A program made the translations under genes and the position numbers. A stretch of DNA of 64,000 bases from Balanoglossus misakiensis. Its lineage: Eukaryota > Animalia > Hemichordata. Under the pieces are notes generated by a model that was not told the DNA's origin, made no database searches, and was given only the letters and a program-made list of their open reading frames with translations. The DNA is taken from the NCBI GenBank assembly GCA_040954595.2, contig CM082577.2, positions 15,817,903 through 15,881,902 of the forward strand, read 5' to 3'. This document shows, piece by piece, positions 39,141-52,787 of the stretch (positions within the stretch are counted from its first letter, which is position 1; each line of letters opens with the position of its first letter).

Positions 39141-40220
39141 ACATGTACTATATCTACATCCAAGTTGTGAACTTTTAATTATTCATTACAGAAACATTTC
39201 GGTCCTGCATTCTGCCATTCACATGCTTCTTTTTTTCGGCCAACACCAACTTATACAAAATATCATTTAACCATCTTGTTCTCATTTCTGTTAAATGTAC
39301 AAAAAGTAGTATCCTGGATGGATATGAAGGTGGAGTACAAAGCACTAGACTTGATATGGACCTGCACTTCAGTCTGGTTATGGACCTCTTTCAAGTTAAT
39401 TTTTGTGATCTAAACCCAACCCTATATTATTATTTTTGTTAAGAATGACTATCCTTCATATTTTACCATGCTTTAAAATTACCTTTTGTTTTGTACCTTT
39501 AGGCATCCATACATGACCTATGACCTTTTGGCATTATGATTTCACATGTAATATATAATTTTATTCATGTTTTAATGCTCTTTCTTTTAATGCTCTTTCT
39601 ATTACAGGAACTAACAATGGACATTCCGGTTGGAGCAATAAGGATCGCCTTTCATCACCGGGCTGTTATTTTAGCCCATGTGCAAGTCATCAATGGGGAT
39701 CTACAAGAAGAAAATGATGTGATCTACTTCTATGACTAGGAGACATTTTTTCATGTCTTGTCTTTTTATATCTTAACGATATTAATCATTCACTGCATCG
39801 TCTTCCCCAAAAAACATTTTTGCGCTTATTTCGTGTACTCAAAGAGATTAATTGTTAATATACTGTTTTTCCTATTTCAGATTTGAGCAAAAAGCCTTAA
39901 AAGACAGAGCTCTCTTCAACAGAGTATAACAATGGTTAGTAGTTTGTTTTGTTATCTTGCAAATTAATAATGTTATTTCATTGATATTTATTTTTTTTCA
40001 GTGACATCACTGTACTTCAATGAAATATTTCCTTTTAAACTTGCGAATGCTAACCGAATCTCAAACCTTTCTATTTTTAATAACGATCTCGGATGCCGAA
40101 ATCACCAACTCACTTTTTTATCGGACTCCATCATTCTAATACTTTTTGGTACACCTAATTCTAGTACTTCAATATACAAAACATGTCTAAAACAATATCC
40201 ACTCTCAATCTATTTTCCAG

Positions 40221-42066
40221 GTTCAACGGCGTTATGGCATCCCCAGCCCCTCATCTGCAACCAGCCAAGGCGTGGTAGTGAAATTGTGCCTCATTGAGGA
40301 TATGAGATCCGGAATTCAGCCAACGGCAAACTGTTTATCGCGCCAGCTTGTATTCAGCAGGATGGCAACGTTCTGGAACTTAAATTCTGGAAAGAAAATC
40401 CGAAATGGCGGCCCCTCATCTGCAACCAGCCAAGGCCTGGTAGTGAAATTGTGCCTCATTGAGGATACAGAGATCCGGAATTCAGCCAACGGCAAACTGT
40501 TTAGCGCGTCAGCTTGTATTCAGCAGGATGGCAACGTTCTGGAACTTAAATTCTGGAAAGAAAATCCGAAATGGCGGCCCCTCATCTGCAACCAGCCAAG
40601 GCGTGGTAGTGAAATTGTGCCTCATTGAGGATACAGAGATCCGGAATTCAGCCAACGGCAAACTGTTTATCGCGCCAGCTTTGGCAACGTTCTGGAACTT
40701 AAATTCTGGAAAGAAAATCTGAAATGGCTTAACAGATTACAGAAGGGAGAATACGTACAGCTCCGCAACTTTTCCACAGGAAGAGATAATACCATTTGCC
40801 TCTATGATAGAGCAAAGGTACGTAATAATCGCACCCCGAAACATATGGGCCTAATTTGTTTTCGTTTTTTTTGGCGTACTCATTTTGGGTATCTTAACCT
40901 CCCATCTCCTACATTCTTAGAAATTTACTCTACAAAATTGGATAACCCATTACATTTTAGAGACCTTGCCTGAATTCAACCGAAGCCAAATCGGAAGGTC
41001 TTCGGATGTAACCGAAATCAAATATGTCAGCCTCCATGCGATCAAGTACATTTGAAAATCCAGTGATTTTATCGCCGATTACTGATGTTTATCGTCAATA
41101 CCGTTTCAAACATGGCACTCGCTTACAAGTTGCATTTATGTTTGACCGCATTCCAATATTTTAAACAAAGTGATAGTTTCGAGGACTGATTACATGTATT
41201 TTGAAACCAGGTTTGTTCATAATACCATTTTCGTTCAGATATTTCCGTACATATTGCCCGCTATCATTTTTCCCTTTGAATTAAATTTTTAATAGAGTAA
41301 ACATTTCAGCTTGTTCCATTTTGCTGATTATTCATCTTAGGTAATTTTTAGTCAGTCAGCTCTTCAAAAGTAGTGATTTCTGATAGATTACTGACGAAAA
41401 TGTTCAAAATTTTTCCTCCAAAATGCCATCTTTAGGGATTCAGTCAGACAATTTACAGACTACACTCCAAACTCTTTTCCAGGTAATACCTTGTGGGCGA
41501 AAAGCGATGGATATATCTGAAAAAATGGTAACAGAATTTTACCATCCACCACAAATAATGATATCAGAAGTCGAGATATCTCCACAGAAGAAGTGGGTTT
41601 GCATTGTAGGAAAAATCCATGATGTGAGTACTGTGAAACGTTGCGCAAATAGCATCACTTGTTTCTCCCATTTATACTATACAACCATGGCTTGTCAACT
41701 CACCTCACCTCAAAATTACTGCCATCGATTCATCATTTTTCAGTACAATTTAAAAAAGCAACTGAGAACCACTCTTGCACTATTGCTCCACAACATGTAT
41801 TACTCGTAATTATTAACAACCAATGTTTTCAATTTTCTGTCCACCACAAAATGAATCGGTGAGGCATACATCGAATTCAACTAAAAGACGGAAACTAACC
41901 ATAACTGATGGCAACCTAGATGTTTAAGTAAACCTGTGGGGAGAGAAAACAACCCTGCCTAAAGGCACATTGGAAATAGGTGCCACTTTTCAACCTGACC
42001 CACTGGTAGTAAACATATATAAAACCTCCTCAATTTTAAATACTACAGCAATAACCAAAGTGGAGG
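40221..42066 (+). pseudogene. Multi-exon RPA-like OB-fold gene remnant
   Basis: Exon from acceptor at 40220: ...LELKFWKEN.KWLNRLQKGEYVQLRNFS; 41507 on: ISEVEISPQKKWVCIVGKIHD; 41880-42066: KRRKLTITDGNLDV*VNLWGE...LVVNIYK...NTTAITKVE|GT. Confidence 0.5.
40247..40720 (+). repeat. Three tandem ~166-bp units within an OB-fold-like exon
   Basis: CCCCTCATCTGCAACC at 40247, 40412 and 40578. Confidence 0.9.
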
Positions 42067-44357
42067 TGAGACATGATACAATACTCTGACATCTCAAAAT
42101 TGAAATCCTACGTGACTAATTAAAAAAAACCTGCCCTCTGCTAACCTTACCCCCTGTGCGTTCAGTACAGTGCACATTGAAATCAATGATACTAGACAAT
42201 AGTTTGTTCTGGGTGCCAACTGTCTTTTTTCTATAATTTAATGACATACAACTAAACTGCAAATGAATCACTTGCGCCATTGCAAAACTGTTAGACAGTT
42301 ATGTATTCTGCACAAGTAATCTTCTTTGATGGCACATAAATTTAACTTGACATATGTTTAAGTCAAGGAAAACAAATAGTCACGCTTTATTCCATTACAT
42401 TCTGAAAAACAATTTATATATTTATTTCAGCTGACGATTGTCCTAGTCAAGAGACATTTACAGTCATTTCATCTGTAGAGACTCCTAGTGAACAGACATT
42501 TACCTATAGATAACCGAAGTAAAGAAACATTTACATTACATTCACCAGACGCAATTACAAATATCACAGACAATCCCAGTGGTAAGTTTTTTTTCATAAA
42601 GGGTCAAACACTGAATATGTTACATATCTAAAATTTCACAAATGTTAATATATTGGAAGTTGCAACTGATTTGCCAACCATTCAACAAGATCAACGCATT
42701 CCATACATTTTTACGGGCCATTAAGATCACTAAAATCTTTCTGTATTTGTTATTTACTAGATCTTCAACGAGCAATTCTATGATAAGTGAACCTGCCCTG
42801 TCAAACTCAAGACTATCAAATGGTAAGTTCTAGCTCATATATGCAACTATTTTAAATCCAATTATTTGTTCACATGATGATTGTAACATTACAAAGACTC
42901 AATCATTTGCATTTTTGACATGTCATCACAAATATAAATTGGCAACTTTGTCCCTTGATTGCAGTTGAATACTGTTTAGATCATGATCGCTTGTCAGAAA
43001 AAAATTATAATTGATCAGATTCATATACCATCAATAATATCCTGTTAAACATCATCCTTACTGTTTTCCGTAACGCAAGTCGACAACAGATGCTCGGCTC
43101 CAGATATGTGGTAGTCGGTTGGAACCAATGAGATGGGACATTTGAATGCACCATGACAATTCCTAAAATATGATGTACTACCGATTTCAAAATACCTTGG
43201 AAATTCTTTGTGTTCGAGTGTTACAATAAACGTCTCCCATGATAAGAAAAAACGTCTAAGTTCATGAAACTGAATACCGCACTTTGTTTATTTTGCAACA
43301 AAGTAACCGTTTCAAACGTTCGTAATCCCACTGTGAGATTGTCTGTAGTCTACTCTGAACCTTGTATGAGGATGTTTTGCACTGACAACCAAGGAAACTT
43401 CCTAATGATGAAGAGCAATATATCGAGTATTTAAAACGACAAACTCCTTCGATTTCATATGAAGAAATTCAACAAAAATTGGCGGAATTTTTGCAAGCAA
43501 ACGTGTCTATACCCACCGTCTGTCGAACCGTCAGAAATCGTTTGTCCGACAAAACGTGGACTTGAAAAAAAATGGCGTGTTGCAAACGACGAGAGTTGTT
43601 TAGCGTGTCGAGTCACAAGGGCAAACAGGTGTTATTTCACCTACCCTAAGGAAGACCTTTTAACAGAATATGTTTACGACTGTTGTGTTGCAGCAGAGAT
43701 TTGGAGAATAATAATGCTTTATTCCCAATTCAAAAAGAGAAAGATATTTCATTCGAGAGAAGAAAGAGCAAAAGTGTACAAACACACCAAAAATGTATAA
43801 ACACAGGTTTGAGAAAACGAGAGTGAAAAATAGTTGGTTGGTAACTAATCGAGTAGTCTACCCCCATGTTATGACTGTTTTACCATGGGTGGCATGACTC
43901 ACTCAATTTTCAATCAGAATTGCTCAGAAATTTGGCCCAGAGATGATGATTTTAAGTTCATGGCTTACGCCTTAGTTAAGCAAATGAGTCCATATGAAGA
44001 CGATGCACTGTTACTACTAGTAAACAACCAACGAAGCCTGGTTTTTACGTTGCACAAGACCCTGTATTCCATTGCCGCGAACAGAGACAGCCATACTGTC
44101 AGTTGGTGTTGAAAGCGTTCATGGAGAAATTCTCGCTCATACTTGAAGCTGGCCGATTAGCATGTACACAACAAGTTAATTCAACAGGTCCCTATACTCC
44201 TGTGCATGTATCAAGCAGATTCTCACACATTTGTGAAACATTTTTTGAACAAATTGCTTTGAATTCATTACCCTACATCGTCTTGATAAATCTCTCCACC
44301 TACAGAAAGTATTTGCAAGGTAAATGTTCTACAAACTGTTTGACCAAACGTCCCACA

Positions 44358-44986
44358 ATGAAGTACGCTTTATTCAACTTCTTCGAAGAACAAACTATTG
44401 AAGTAGGCAAGACGGCATGGATTGAGGATCTCGATGAACAGGACGCTAGTGAGTTCGATTTGGAAGAAGAATGTCTCGTCTTGTGGCCAACGAAGAAACC
44501 AGGAAGAGGTTCTGTGACTGTGAGATATGCGGCTAGAGTGATCAAGTTCAGCGGTAAGAACTGTTTCCAAATTCTAAACGCTATGAAGGTTTTTCCAGTT
44601 GTAAACTTTTTGAAATACTTAGTCGTGCTGAAGGTGTTTCATTCAAAAGTTTGAATTACCCGCCGTTTCCATTAAGTAAATACAGCACACATCTTGTTTA
44701 CTTCCTGTCCATTGTTTTAAATTTGCATAATAAAAGAGTTGCCACCAGGGACTTGCATTTGTAACAGAGTTGCCCTGGTAATAATTGCGCAGAAGTTGTG
44801 ATATTTTTGTTCTTCTTTCTAGATGACAAACAACAGCTGTTGCGTCTTGCAAATGTATATGCCAAGAAGGGAATTGATGCATCTGTGAAACTGAAGACTC
44901 CAGAATATGGTCGTGGCAAGCGCGAGAAGGCACCAAAGCGAATAATAAGCGACACTGAAGATGAGGAGGACGATGAATGTGTACCG
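44358..44986 (+). CDS. Two N-terminal exons (44358-44553, 44823-44986) of a transposon accessory-type protein (resembles N-termini of DUF4806/BEN proteins)
   Basis: MKYALFNFFEEQTIEVGKTAWI...CLVLWP...RYAARVIKFS splices in frame to DDKQQLL...GRGKR...ISDTEDEEDD; both GT-AG junctions visible. Confidence 0.5.
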
Positions 44987-45359
44987 GTAAGTTGATCTCT
45001 AAGATAGCATGTTAGTGTAGCTGAATTCAATTCCTTTTCAATGCAGGGATTGATTTGTAATGTTATTCCTACACACAATGCACATTGGATTTTGAATCTA
45101 TACCGGCACGTCATCATGTGATTTACCTGGACAAGTGTTTCCTATGCTAATGCTGATGTCCACCTGTATGTACCTACTACAGATTTCAAAATACCTTGGA
45201 AATTCTTTGTCCCCTGGTGATAAAATAAACGTCTTTTGTAACAAAAAGAAATGACTGTACTGCATACCGCAATCGTAAATTTTGCAACAATTTACCAGTA
45301 GTAGACAAAGAGGCGCCTCCCACACGCCTTTATATTCTCTCGCAATCATTCGCTAGCTC

Positions 45360-45740
45360 TAGATAGATTTTTTTCTCGATTTTCTTAGTTCTTAGTTTAG
45401 TTTAGTTATATTGCATTTCCCAGTTCATTTTCATTATCATATTTCATAGTTTAGATCAGTATTAGTTAGATATAGAATTAGTTTTTTTTTTCATTCAGTT
45501 ATCGTTTAGTCGCCTTTCTTTCAAATTTCTTAGTTATTTAGCTCAGATAGATTAGTTTATTATATTAGTTCCGTTTATTATTAGATTTCTTAGTTAGTAA
45601 ATTTTCTTATTTCTGATTAGTATTAGCAGTATAGCATTTTAGTTGGTTAGTAAGTAAGTTAGATAGTTAAGTAAGTTAGACAGTTAGTTACTTAGTATAA
45701 GTAAGTTAGTTAGATAGTAATTTAGTTAGTTAGCTTCTCA
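45360..45740. repeat. Low-complexity (TTAG/AGTT/TAAG)-rich tract
   Basis: Imperfect tetramer repeats, almost no C. Confidence 0.7.
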
Positions 45741-46430
45741 GTTGTAGTGTCAGTATTAGTTTTTCTTCGGTAGTGTTGCTGTCCCTGGGCCAAAGGAATG
45801 AAGTAAGTATTTATATATTGTTAATGATTTTTACTTGTGTTTGCGCACAACTTCCATTGGGTAGCTGCCAGGGCCTTGTATCATATGTTCTGGTTCGCGT
45901 TGTGCATGACACATCTGTCTTGTACCAAGAGAATCCATAAGCAGGTAGGTTGTATAGAAAGAACGAGGTACACTGTACACCATGAAAAGATCCACGTGGA
46001 GGACAACCGCCAACCGAGTATAAATTACAATCTGTACAAGCGCTTTAAATTTGTCTTTTCCCATACGATTGCTAGAAAAACTGTTGCCTCGGTAGTTTTT
46101 TTTTATTATGATTGACTAATCTCACGGCCTTGAAATTCAAAACCAAGCACGTTTTAATTACCAGACACTAATAAACAATCAGTGTTGAAAAACATGTTTT
46201 GAGACATTTCGTCACTCCATGTGTTAGTTACACTTTAGTAGCTTGCGGAATGGTTCTGGAGTTGGACTGCATTTGAAATATTCAAGCTTTGAATTGAATA
46301 TTGTGGGTCTTTCAGGATGTTACCCAACATGCACTGTGAACTGCCATTGTGATTTGGGGGGTTTCTCTAGAAGGGATTTAACTGTTTACAAAGATTCATG
46401 GTGTGTAACTGGTATTGTTTCTTCCACCAG

Positions 46431-47703
46431 GAATGTGTGACAGTGTGGTACAGCCTGTACCCGCAACTGACACCGACGGACCATTATCATAGAGCGATAT
46501 GCGTTGACTGGATGTACGCTGTGTCATCGGAACTCAATTTTGAGCCTGACACAGTATACACAGCTGTGTGGTATTTTGAAAATTTCATCGCAAGGTGCCG
46601 GGCTTTTCATGTGGAATTGAAGCAATTGGTTGCTGCGGCCAGCCTATTTACTGCTAGGTAAGGCATCAGTCTGTAGTAATTTACTTTCATTAATTGGGTG
46701 TGTTTGGTTTTGTTGCGTTATTTCTGTAAGATTGTGTACCTTGGCAGTAATGCGATAATGGGTTTCTTAAATCATTTACCCCAAGGGAGGTTTGCAAAAT
46801 GGAACTGTTGATAATGAAATTATTAGATTTTAAATTATCAAGTTCCAGTGACAACCTTCCTTGGGTGTCTATGAGAATCGTATCCCCAAATAAAACCTGA
46901 AACCAGAGAAGTTGCGCAGGTAAGACATTTGGATTGAAAACATTTAAGTCTGATGTGACAGATATGATTAAAAAATTAGTCAAAATAAAACAAGCAATCT
47001 CGAAAATTATACATGCTTCATGTTTGTGTCAAAATATTATAAACTTGGGCTTTATAACTGTAGTATCAAAATCATTTTCTTTGTTAACTCCAACAACAGC
47101 AAACTGTTTAATCTTATTTTCTTTCTTAGGTGTCAGTAGGTTGGCATAATTGTCTGTATACATGACTTGATTAATTTTTCATTTCGTTGTAGTATCTGGC
47201 AGACGTAACCCTGCTATCAATGGATGTACGCCAGCAGTACCAGCCCCACCACATTGCAAAGGGGTGAGTGCTGCTGGCTGCGAATCTAACGCAGGATCCA
47301 CTAAATGTAAGTTTCTTTGGAACTTCTTGTTGTTATTTTACCTGGCAATTATATACCTTTGTTATTAACTTGCATTGAAAAAAAACGAACACTCAGTTTA
47401 TATCAAGTCTTGTTTTAAAGGATCCAGTGACTGAACATGGAATACTACAAAAGAGATGATAGTGAAAGGGAATATAATTTAAATGCAAGGAGCATGTTAG
47501 TGGTAGATCATTAACACTTTTTGTTATGCAAGATTGAGTATCACTTACATATTGTCATGATTATTTTATTACAGGAAGTTGATTACTTGGCGGAGCCCAT
47601 GGAGGCGAATAGATGCCAAGTGCTTCATCAAACCATTTCAATAATGGAGGTCAATGCTAGGGAGCTCAGTGAGAGAGCGATATCTTCCAAGCATGCTCAG
47701 TAA
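46431..47703 (+). pseudogene. Divergent cyclin (exons 46431-46657, 47193-47306, 47575-47703)
   Basis: Cyclin box HRAICVDWMYAV...DTVYTAVWYFENF...KQLVAAASLFTA; second fold YLADVTLL...YQPHHIAKG*; in-frame TGA and apparently missing middle exon(s). Confidence 0.75.
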
Positions 47704-48744
47704 GTAGAGAGTTTACATACTCCTCACAGACTCCTTTTTGAGTTTGTATTTCAGGCTTAGCCAAAAACCGTGTATCAGATATTGCACGAAATGTGTCGCA
47801 TCCATGCATTCAGTGTGTGTGTGGGGGGGGGGGGGGTCAGTTTCTAAACCTCCCAGTGAACTGGAATTAGTCTATATTAAGTTTTCCTTGCGGGCAATGT
47901 GATGGGCACAAAAAGAATGTCGAAACGAGCATTTGTCTCTTGCCACTGGGCTTCTCGGAGTATGACACCTGGACTCCATGAGAACACTTTCCTTTGATTT
48001 TTAACTTTGCTTGTTGGGCACACATTTTATCTAAAATACAAAAACAATGAGATAGTGAAAATACAATCTGAATGTACGGTAGAAGTCGGGTTTTCAGCTT
48101 AAAGAGTAACTTCCTGCATGGAATTTGATTGCCATTACGTTCCCGATGAATAAATTAGTTGGATCAACATGTTAATGAATGCAGCTGTACAGCTGTTCTA
48201 GATGCATCAGTATTCGTTACTTTATTTTTTTTAACCAACAGATGTCTCCGGTTCATGCCATAAAGAAGATACCACGGATTTAATGAAACCTTGAAGTTTG
48301 CCTACCTAAATCTTTAAAGCCCCATTAGCTTTGCAAACTTAGTATTCTATCTACATTGATTAATGGCACAACAAAGTCACAGTTTTTGACCTTTTCAGTT
48401 CTGCTGCCAGCAATGTGAAGCTTATCAAATTACCTGTTTGTCCAGCATCCATTTGTCAACATTCGCAATTGTCTTTCTCTAAAACTGTTAGTCCGTTGCA
48501 TTGGTATACAATTTCAATTCTGGTGACATTTGCATTATTTTATTTTGCGGCCAAAAACATAAAGCTAAACACCCCTACCAGAAAATAGTTACCAGAAAAT
48601 AGTATGCATTCTTGACAGGTTGACGGACGGAAGTTGACACTGATGCCCCATTCGAAAGTCTCCTCCATGTAAACACTTTAGAGCCAATAACCACATTTCA
48701 CACACAATATTATTGTATTACATTGTATTAGCATAGTAAAATTA

Positions 48745-49312
48745 AGCAGGCGGGTATACACGAGATTTGAGTACAATTCGAGACATATAGCACGAGCCAT
48801 CAGGCAACTGCTATATGGAGCGAATTGTACCCAAATCGAGTGTATACCCGACTGAGGCGGGGGTTATTGCTATTATATTATATCAACAACTGTTTTTGTG
48901 GCATATCAGTGTCATTTTCTTACCGAAACGGCGTCAGAAAGAGAAATTACGATCGTGAACCAACATGGCGACTATGAATGTAAACACGAGCGGCCGCGAT
49001 CCAGCTGGGATCGAGCATTAAACATGAAGCAGACGACAAAAAGTGACAAGACGGGCATCGCGCGTGGCAATGTGACAAATATTTCCACAGAGCAGTTCCA
49101 AAATAAAACGTCCGTTAATTCAACAGTATTTTTGTTTTATTTATTTGGTGTAAACACGCGCGACTGTGGTTTAACCGCACATTTTTGTTGCCGTATGCTA
49201 GTTCAGGGGTCCGTTTTAGCACTGCCAGCAGTGCATTATGAGTATTTTAGCATCGCTGGATTGAGCTCTCATCCAATCAGAATTGCGGACAGTAGCATGA
49301 TATAATATAATA
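48745..49312. mobile_element. Non-autonomous hairpin element (Crypton-like), same layout as 6530-7282
   Basis: Hairpin CGGGTATACACGAGATTTG...CAAATCGAGTGTATACCCG; ATTATATTATATCA (~48872) pairs with TGATATAATATAAT (~49299). Confidence 0.5.
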
Positions 49313-49547
49313 TTTTTTTTCTAATATTTGGTTATTTATTTTATATACCAGAACATGGCTTCGGTTCATAATCATAGTGATGTCATGTCATTCCGAACCT
49401 TGCATGATTTGATTTTTTTTTATTTTCTGTTGTTGTTGTTGTTGTGAAAATTTCATTTTCAACCTCCATGTTTACATACCCTTACAAAATTTAGGGTTTT
49501 CACATGATTAAAATAGAGTCGGTCAGGTTACCTGAACCACACTTTTT

Positions 49548-50814
49548 TAGGGGCACAAGCCTATCGGGCTTGTGCCCCTATTGGTATTGTTGGAATTTTT
49601 CTTTATTATTATTCTTCTTCTTCTTCCGAGAAATTCGGCCAGGTAGATCTGGAAAACCGCAGCACCTAGGGGGCTGAAACTTGGTAGGGTGATAGGGGCC
49701 AATGAGTAGACGTGCAGTGGCCCGTGAATATTTAATTAGTCACGTGACCTGGCGGCCATATTGGATTTCCTGAAAATCGTTAAATGAGTCCTTCTCAAAA
49801 ACCACTGGGCCGATCGAGTTCAAATTTGGTGTGCAGGTAGCTTACCTTCTGTCCATCATTTTACCCCATTGAAATCATGACGTCATACATAAAGTTTTTT
49901 TGCTACAATTGTTTTTCTGAAAAACTACTTAAAACTTTAAAAATCTTCTTCTCCAGAACCAGCGGTTACCGAGTCTCGGGATTTGGGATATGTGTTCACC
50001 TAACCTATGTCTATCAAGTTTGCGAAGCGCACTGTGATTGGTTGATCATTATGGCGGCCATGTTGGATTTTCGGAAAACCATTGAAAAGTGATAATTCCG
50101 TTTTGTAGCCAAAATGTTGACAGCATGGAAATTCTTTTTTTGGATATGAGCCATCATATGACCGGAAGTTGTCACAATTTTTCAGGGCAATTTTCACATG
50201 ACCTTTGACCCAGTTTTAAAACAACTAATTATATATGCATATTCCCCATACCTCCTCTTGTCAAAGCACCACAGTCATGAATTTTGTGGACATGGGTACC
50301 AATGCTGCCAGGACATGACACAAATATTTTGGTAATTTTGACAATGACCTTTGACCTATTTCTGAAACATCATTTTTCTGCATATCTAATTCCATGCTAC
50401 CCAATAGGGCTAGAGGTCTGGTATTGGTTGGACATGGCCCACTCTGGGGTCAAAATTTTATGCCCTAATTTTGGGTGACCTTGGGTGACCTTTGATCTAC
50501 TTTCCCATATCTCAGCATCCAGAGCAGTTAGAGCCCTGGCTTTTATGGGACTTGAGCACATAATGGAGTCTTACACAAGACCTCATTAATTATGTGCATA
50601 CCTAATTGCAGGCGAACCAATAGGGCCAGGGGTCTGGTATTTTGTTGCATCTAGACTAGTATGGGGTCCAATTTTTTTGCCCAAATTTGGGGTGACCTCA
50701 GGTGACCTTTGACCTACTTTCCCATATCTTGGTATCCCCAGCAGATACAGCCGTGGCATTTGCTGGTCACCATGGGAACCGCTTGTGCCCCGCCAACGCT
50801 GCTTGCAGCTTTAA
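49548..50814. mobile_element. Helentron-like non-autonomous element inserted in a T-run
   Basis: Terminal hairpin GGGGCACAAGCC-TATC-GGGCTTGTGCCCC; the other end has GCTTGTGCCCC plus GCTGCTTGCAGC stem; internal ~160-180-bp degenerate repeats (TGACCTTTGACC). Confidence 0.6.
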
Positions 50815-51733
50815 TTTTTCATTTTTCTTACTGTGATATTGAATTAACATGAAAATGGATTGTTTTAAGATACCCAAATGAGTATGAGAGGTTCAAGTCA
50901 GCCGACGATGGTGTCACTACAAAGCTTTCTGAAAAATATGAATCACAAAATGGAAGAAAATGGGAAGAAGATTGACAACTTAATAAAGGACCAAATTGAA
51001 ACAAGACAAATAATAACATCACTGCAATCCATGATCCACAAGCTAAACAGCCTGTACTCATATGTATATTTTTAAGGCTTATACTTGTGTGTAGTTCAAT
51101 AAAAATGTTGTTTATTAAACAGTGTCCTAAGTGAAAATGTATTCTTTGATAAATATAAGTCTATTGACCACTGGTACCGGATAGTCTTCTAAATAAACCT
51201 ATAATAAGCAGTCTTTCTTCCAGTTTTTCTGTGACCAGAATTTTTTTTGACAAGATGTCATAAATTTGACCTAGAATAACCTTTAAAGTCCATACTTAAG
51301 AATGTAACCTTCTATTTTAGGTGTTTTGTTAAAAAGTGGCTAAAACTCAAATTACACTATACAAAATTTAATCTCAATCACCACAAGGAACATGCCTACA
51401 AAAGTTCACAAGCATACCATCAGTTTCAGAGAAAACGATATTTGTTAAAAAGTGGCCAAAACTCAAATATCACCATACAAAATCTTACTTTAAGGTGGCA
51501 CTGCATGAAACCGTCGAGACTTTTTCAGAGGCCTATTTCTCATCAAAGAAAAAGTTAAAACCCCCATAAACCATATATATTCTGGAAGCTGAGTTTTTGA
51601 ACTTTTGTTTGGGTTGCAAATATTATCGATCCCCGGAAATGGTGGCGATTTTGGGTGAAAAAAAAACATTTTTTGATATTATGTCATTAAATTTAAATTA
51701 GGTAAAAAAGTTGACCATGCATCATGCATCTTA

Positions 51734-52787
51734 CAGGGCTCGAAAATTCCCGCCGCCCGACGCCCGTGGCAAGTGAAATTTACGTCCGGGCAAGTAAAAT
51801 CAAAATTCCTGCCGCCCGACGGGCAAGTGTCACGGCGATAGGGAGACCGTGGTCATGTTGTGGCTAATGCCCAGCTATCAGAAATGTCAACTTTCTTTGA
51901 GTTTACCGCTATCACAGCTGGCAATCGGCTTGAATGCAAAACACGAGCCCACTGATTTTTTTTCAAAGTTCTTTTCAATAAAGTCATGATACAGTGTAGC
52001 AATATTGTGATGGGCGACTGTCAGATTTTGTTGCATTGTCAAATTACGCGTAATCGTATTGCTAGATGCAGTTGCTATTTTTATTGGAAAAACCAATGAA
52101 ATGGTCGATCTAACTAGTCAAATTCAAATTAGAATGGTTCAAAATAAATTCAGTTACGACTCTCGTAAGCCGACAGTGGCAGAGATTTGAAAAACAGCCA
52201 TGAGTCTCTTGCGTTATTTTTCATCGAACGCATCTGGGTCAACTGACTCAAAGAAACGACGTGACCTCTCTGAATCTGAGGGCGCTTCTGAAAGTGACGC
52301 ACGGTCAAAGCATCAGCGTTACGATGCAGACAAACGCCAAAGAAACTACCTTCCGAAATGGGAGGAACAGTGGCCATGGCTTACCTACAGCGAAAACAAA
52401 ATGTTCTGTAAAGTTTGCCTAAAGTATCCGACGATCGCAAAATCCATGGGAAAGCGGAATGCGTTCTTCGATGGCTGCGACATATTCCGCGTGGAATCAA
52501 TGAAGTCGCATGATAGTGGTCGTCCGCATCTGGAATGTTTAGCCCGTTATCGACGAGATAGTGCGGATGCTAGTGCTACGATTACACTGGGGGACACTCC
52601 AATAGGATTGGCTTTACGAAAGTTGACAACTGACCAACAACGCAAATACCGGAACCTGTTATTAGTGCGTAAATGTTGTCTTTCATGGTGAAAGGTTGGG
52701 GCAAGTCACTTTTCTTGGGGGGCAAGTGAAATTGAAAATTTGCTTGCCCGATGGCAAGTGGGTTATGAAAAAAATTTTCGAGGCCTG
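51734..52787 (+). mobile_element. Internally deleted hAT element with 5-bp TSD (TCTTA) nested in the Kolobok
   Basis: TCTTA|CAGGGCTCGAAAATT ... AATTTTCGAGGCCTG|TCTTA; subterminal GGGCAAGT repeats. Confidence 0.85.
52200..52691 (+). pseudogene. Truncated hAT transposase N-terminus (ZNF862/TTF-type zinc finger)
   Basis: RNYLPKWEEQWPWLTYSENKMFCKVCLKY...FFDGC..FR.ESMKSHDSGRPHLEC; no catalytic domain. Confidence 0.8.

Noticed and set aside
46431-47703. Functional host cyclin
   Set aside because: In-frame TGA in the second exon, incompatible exon phases and no clear start exon.
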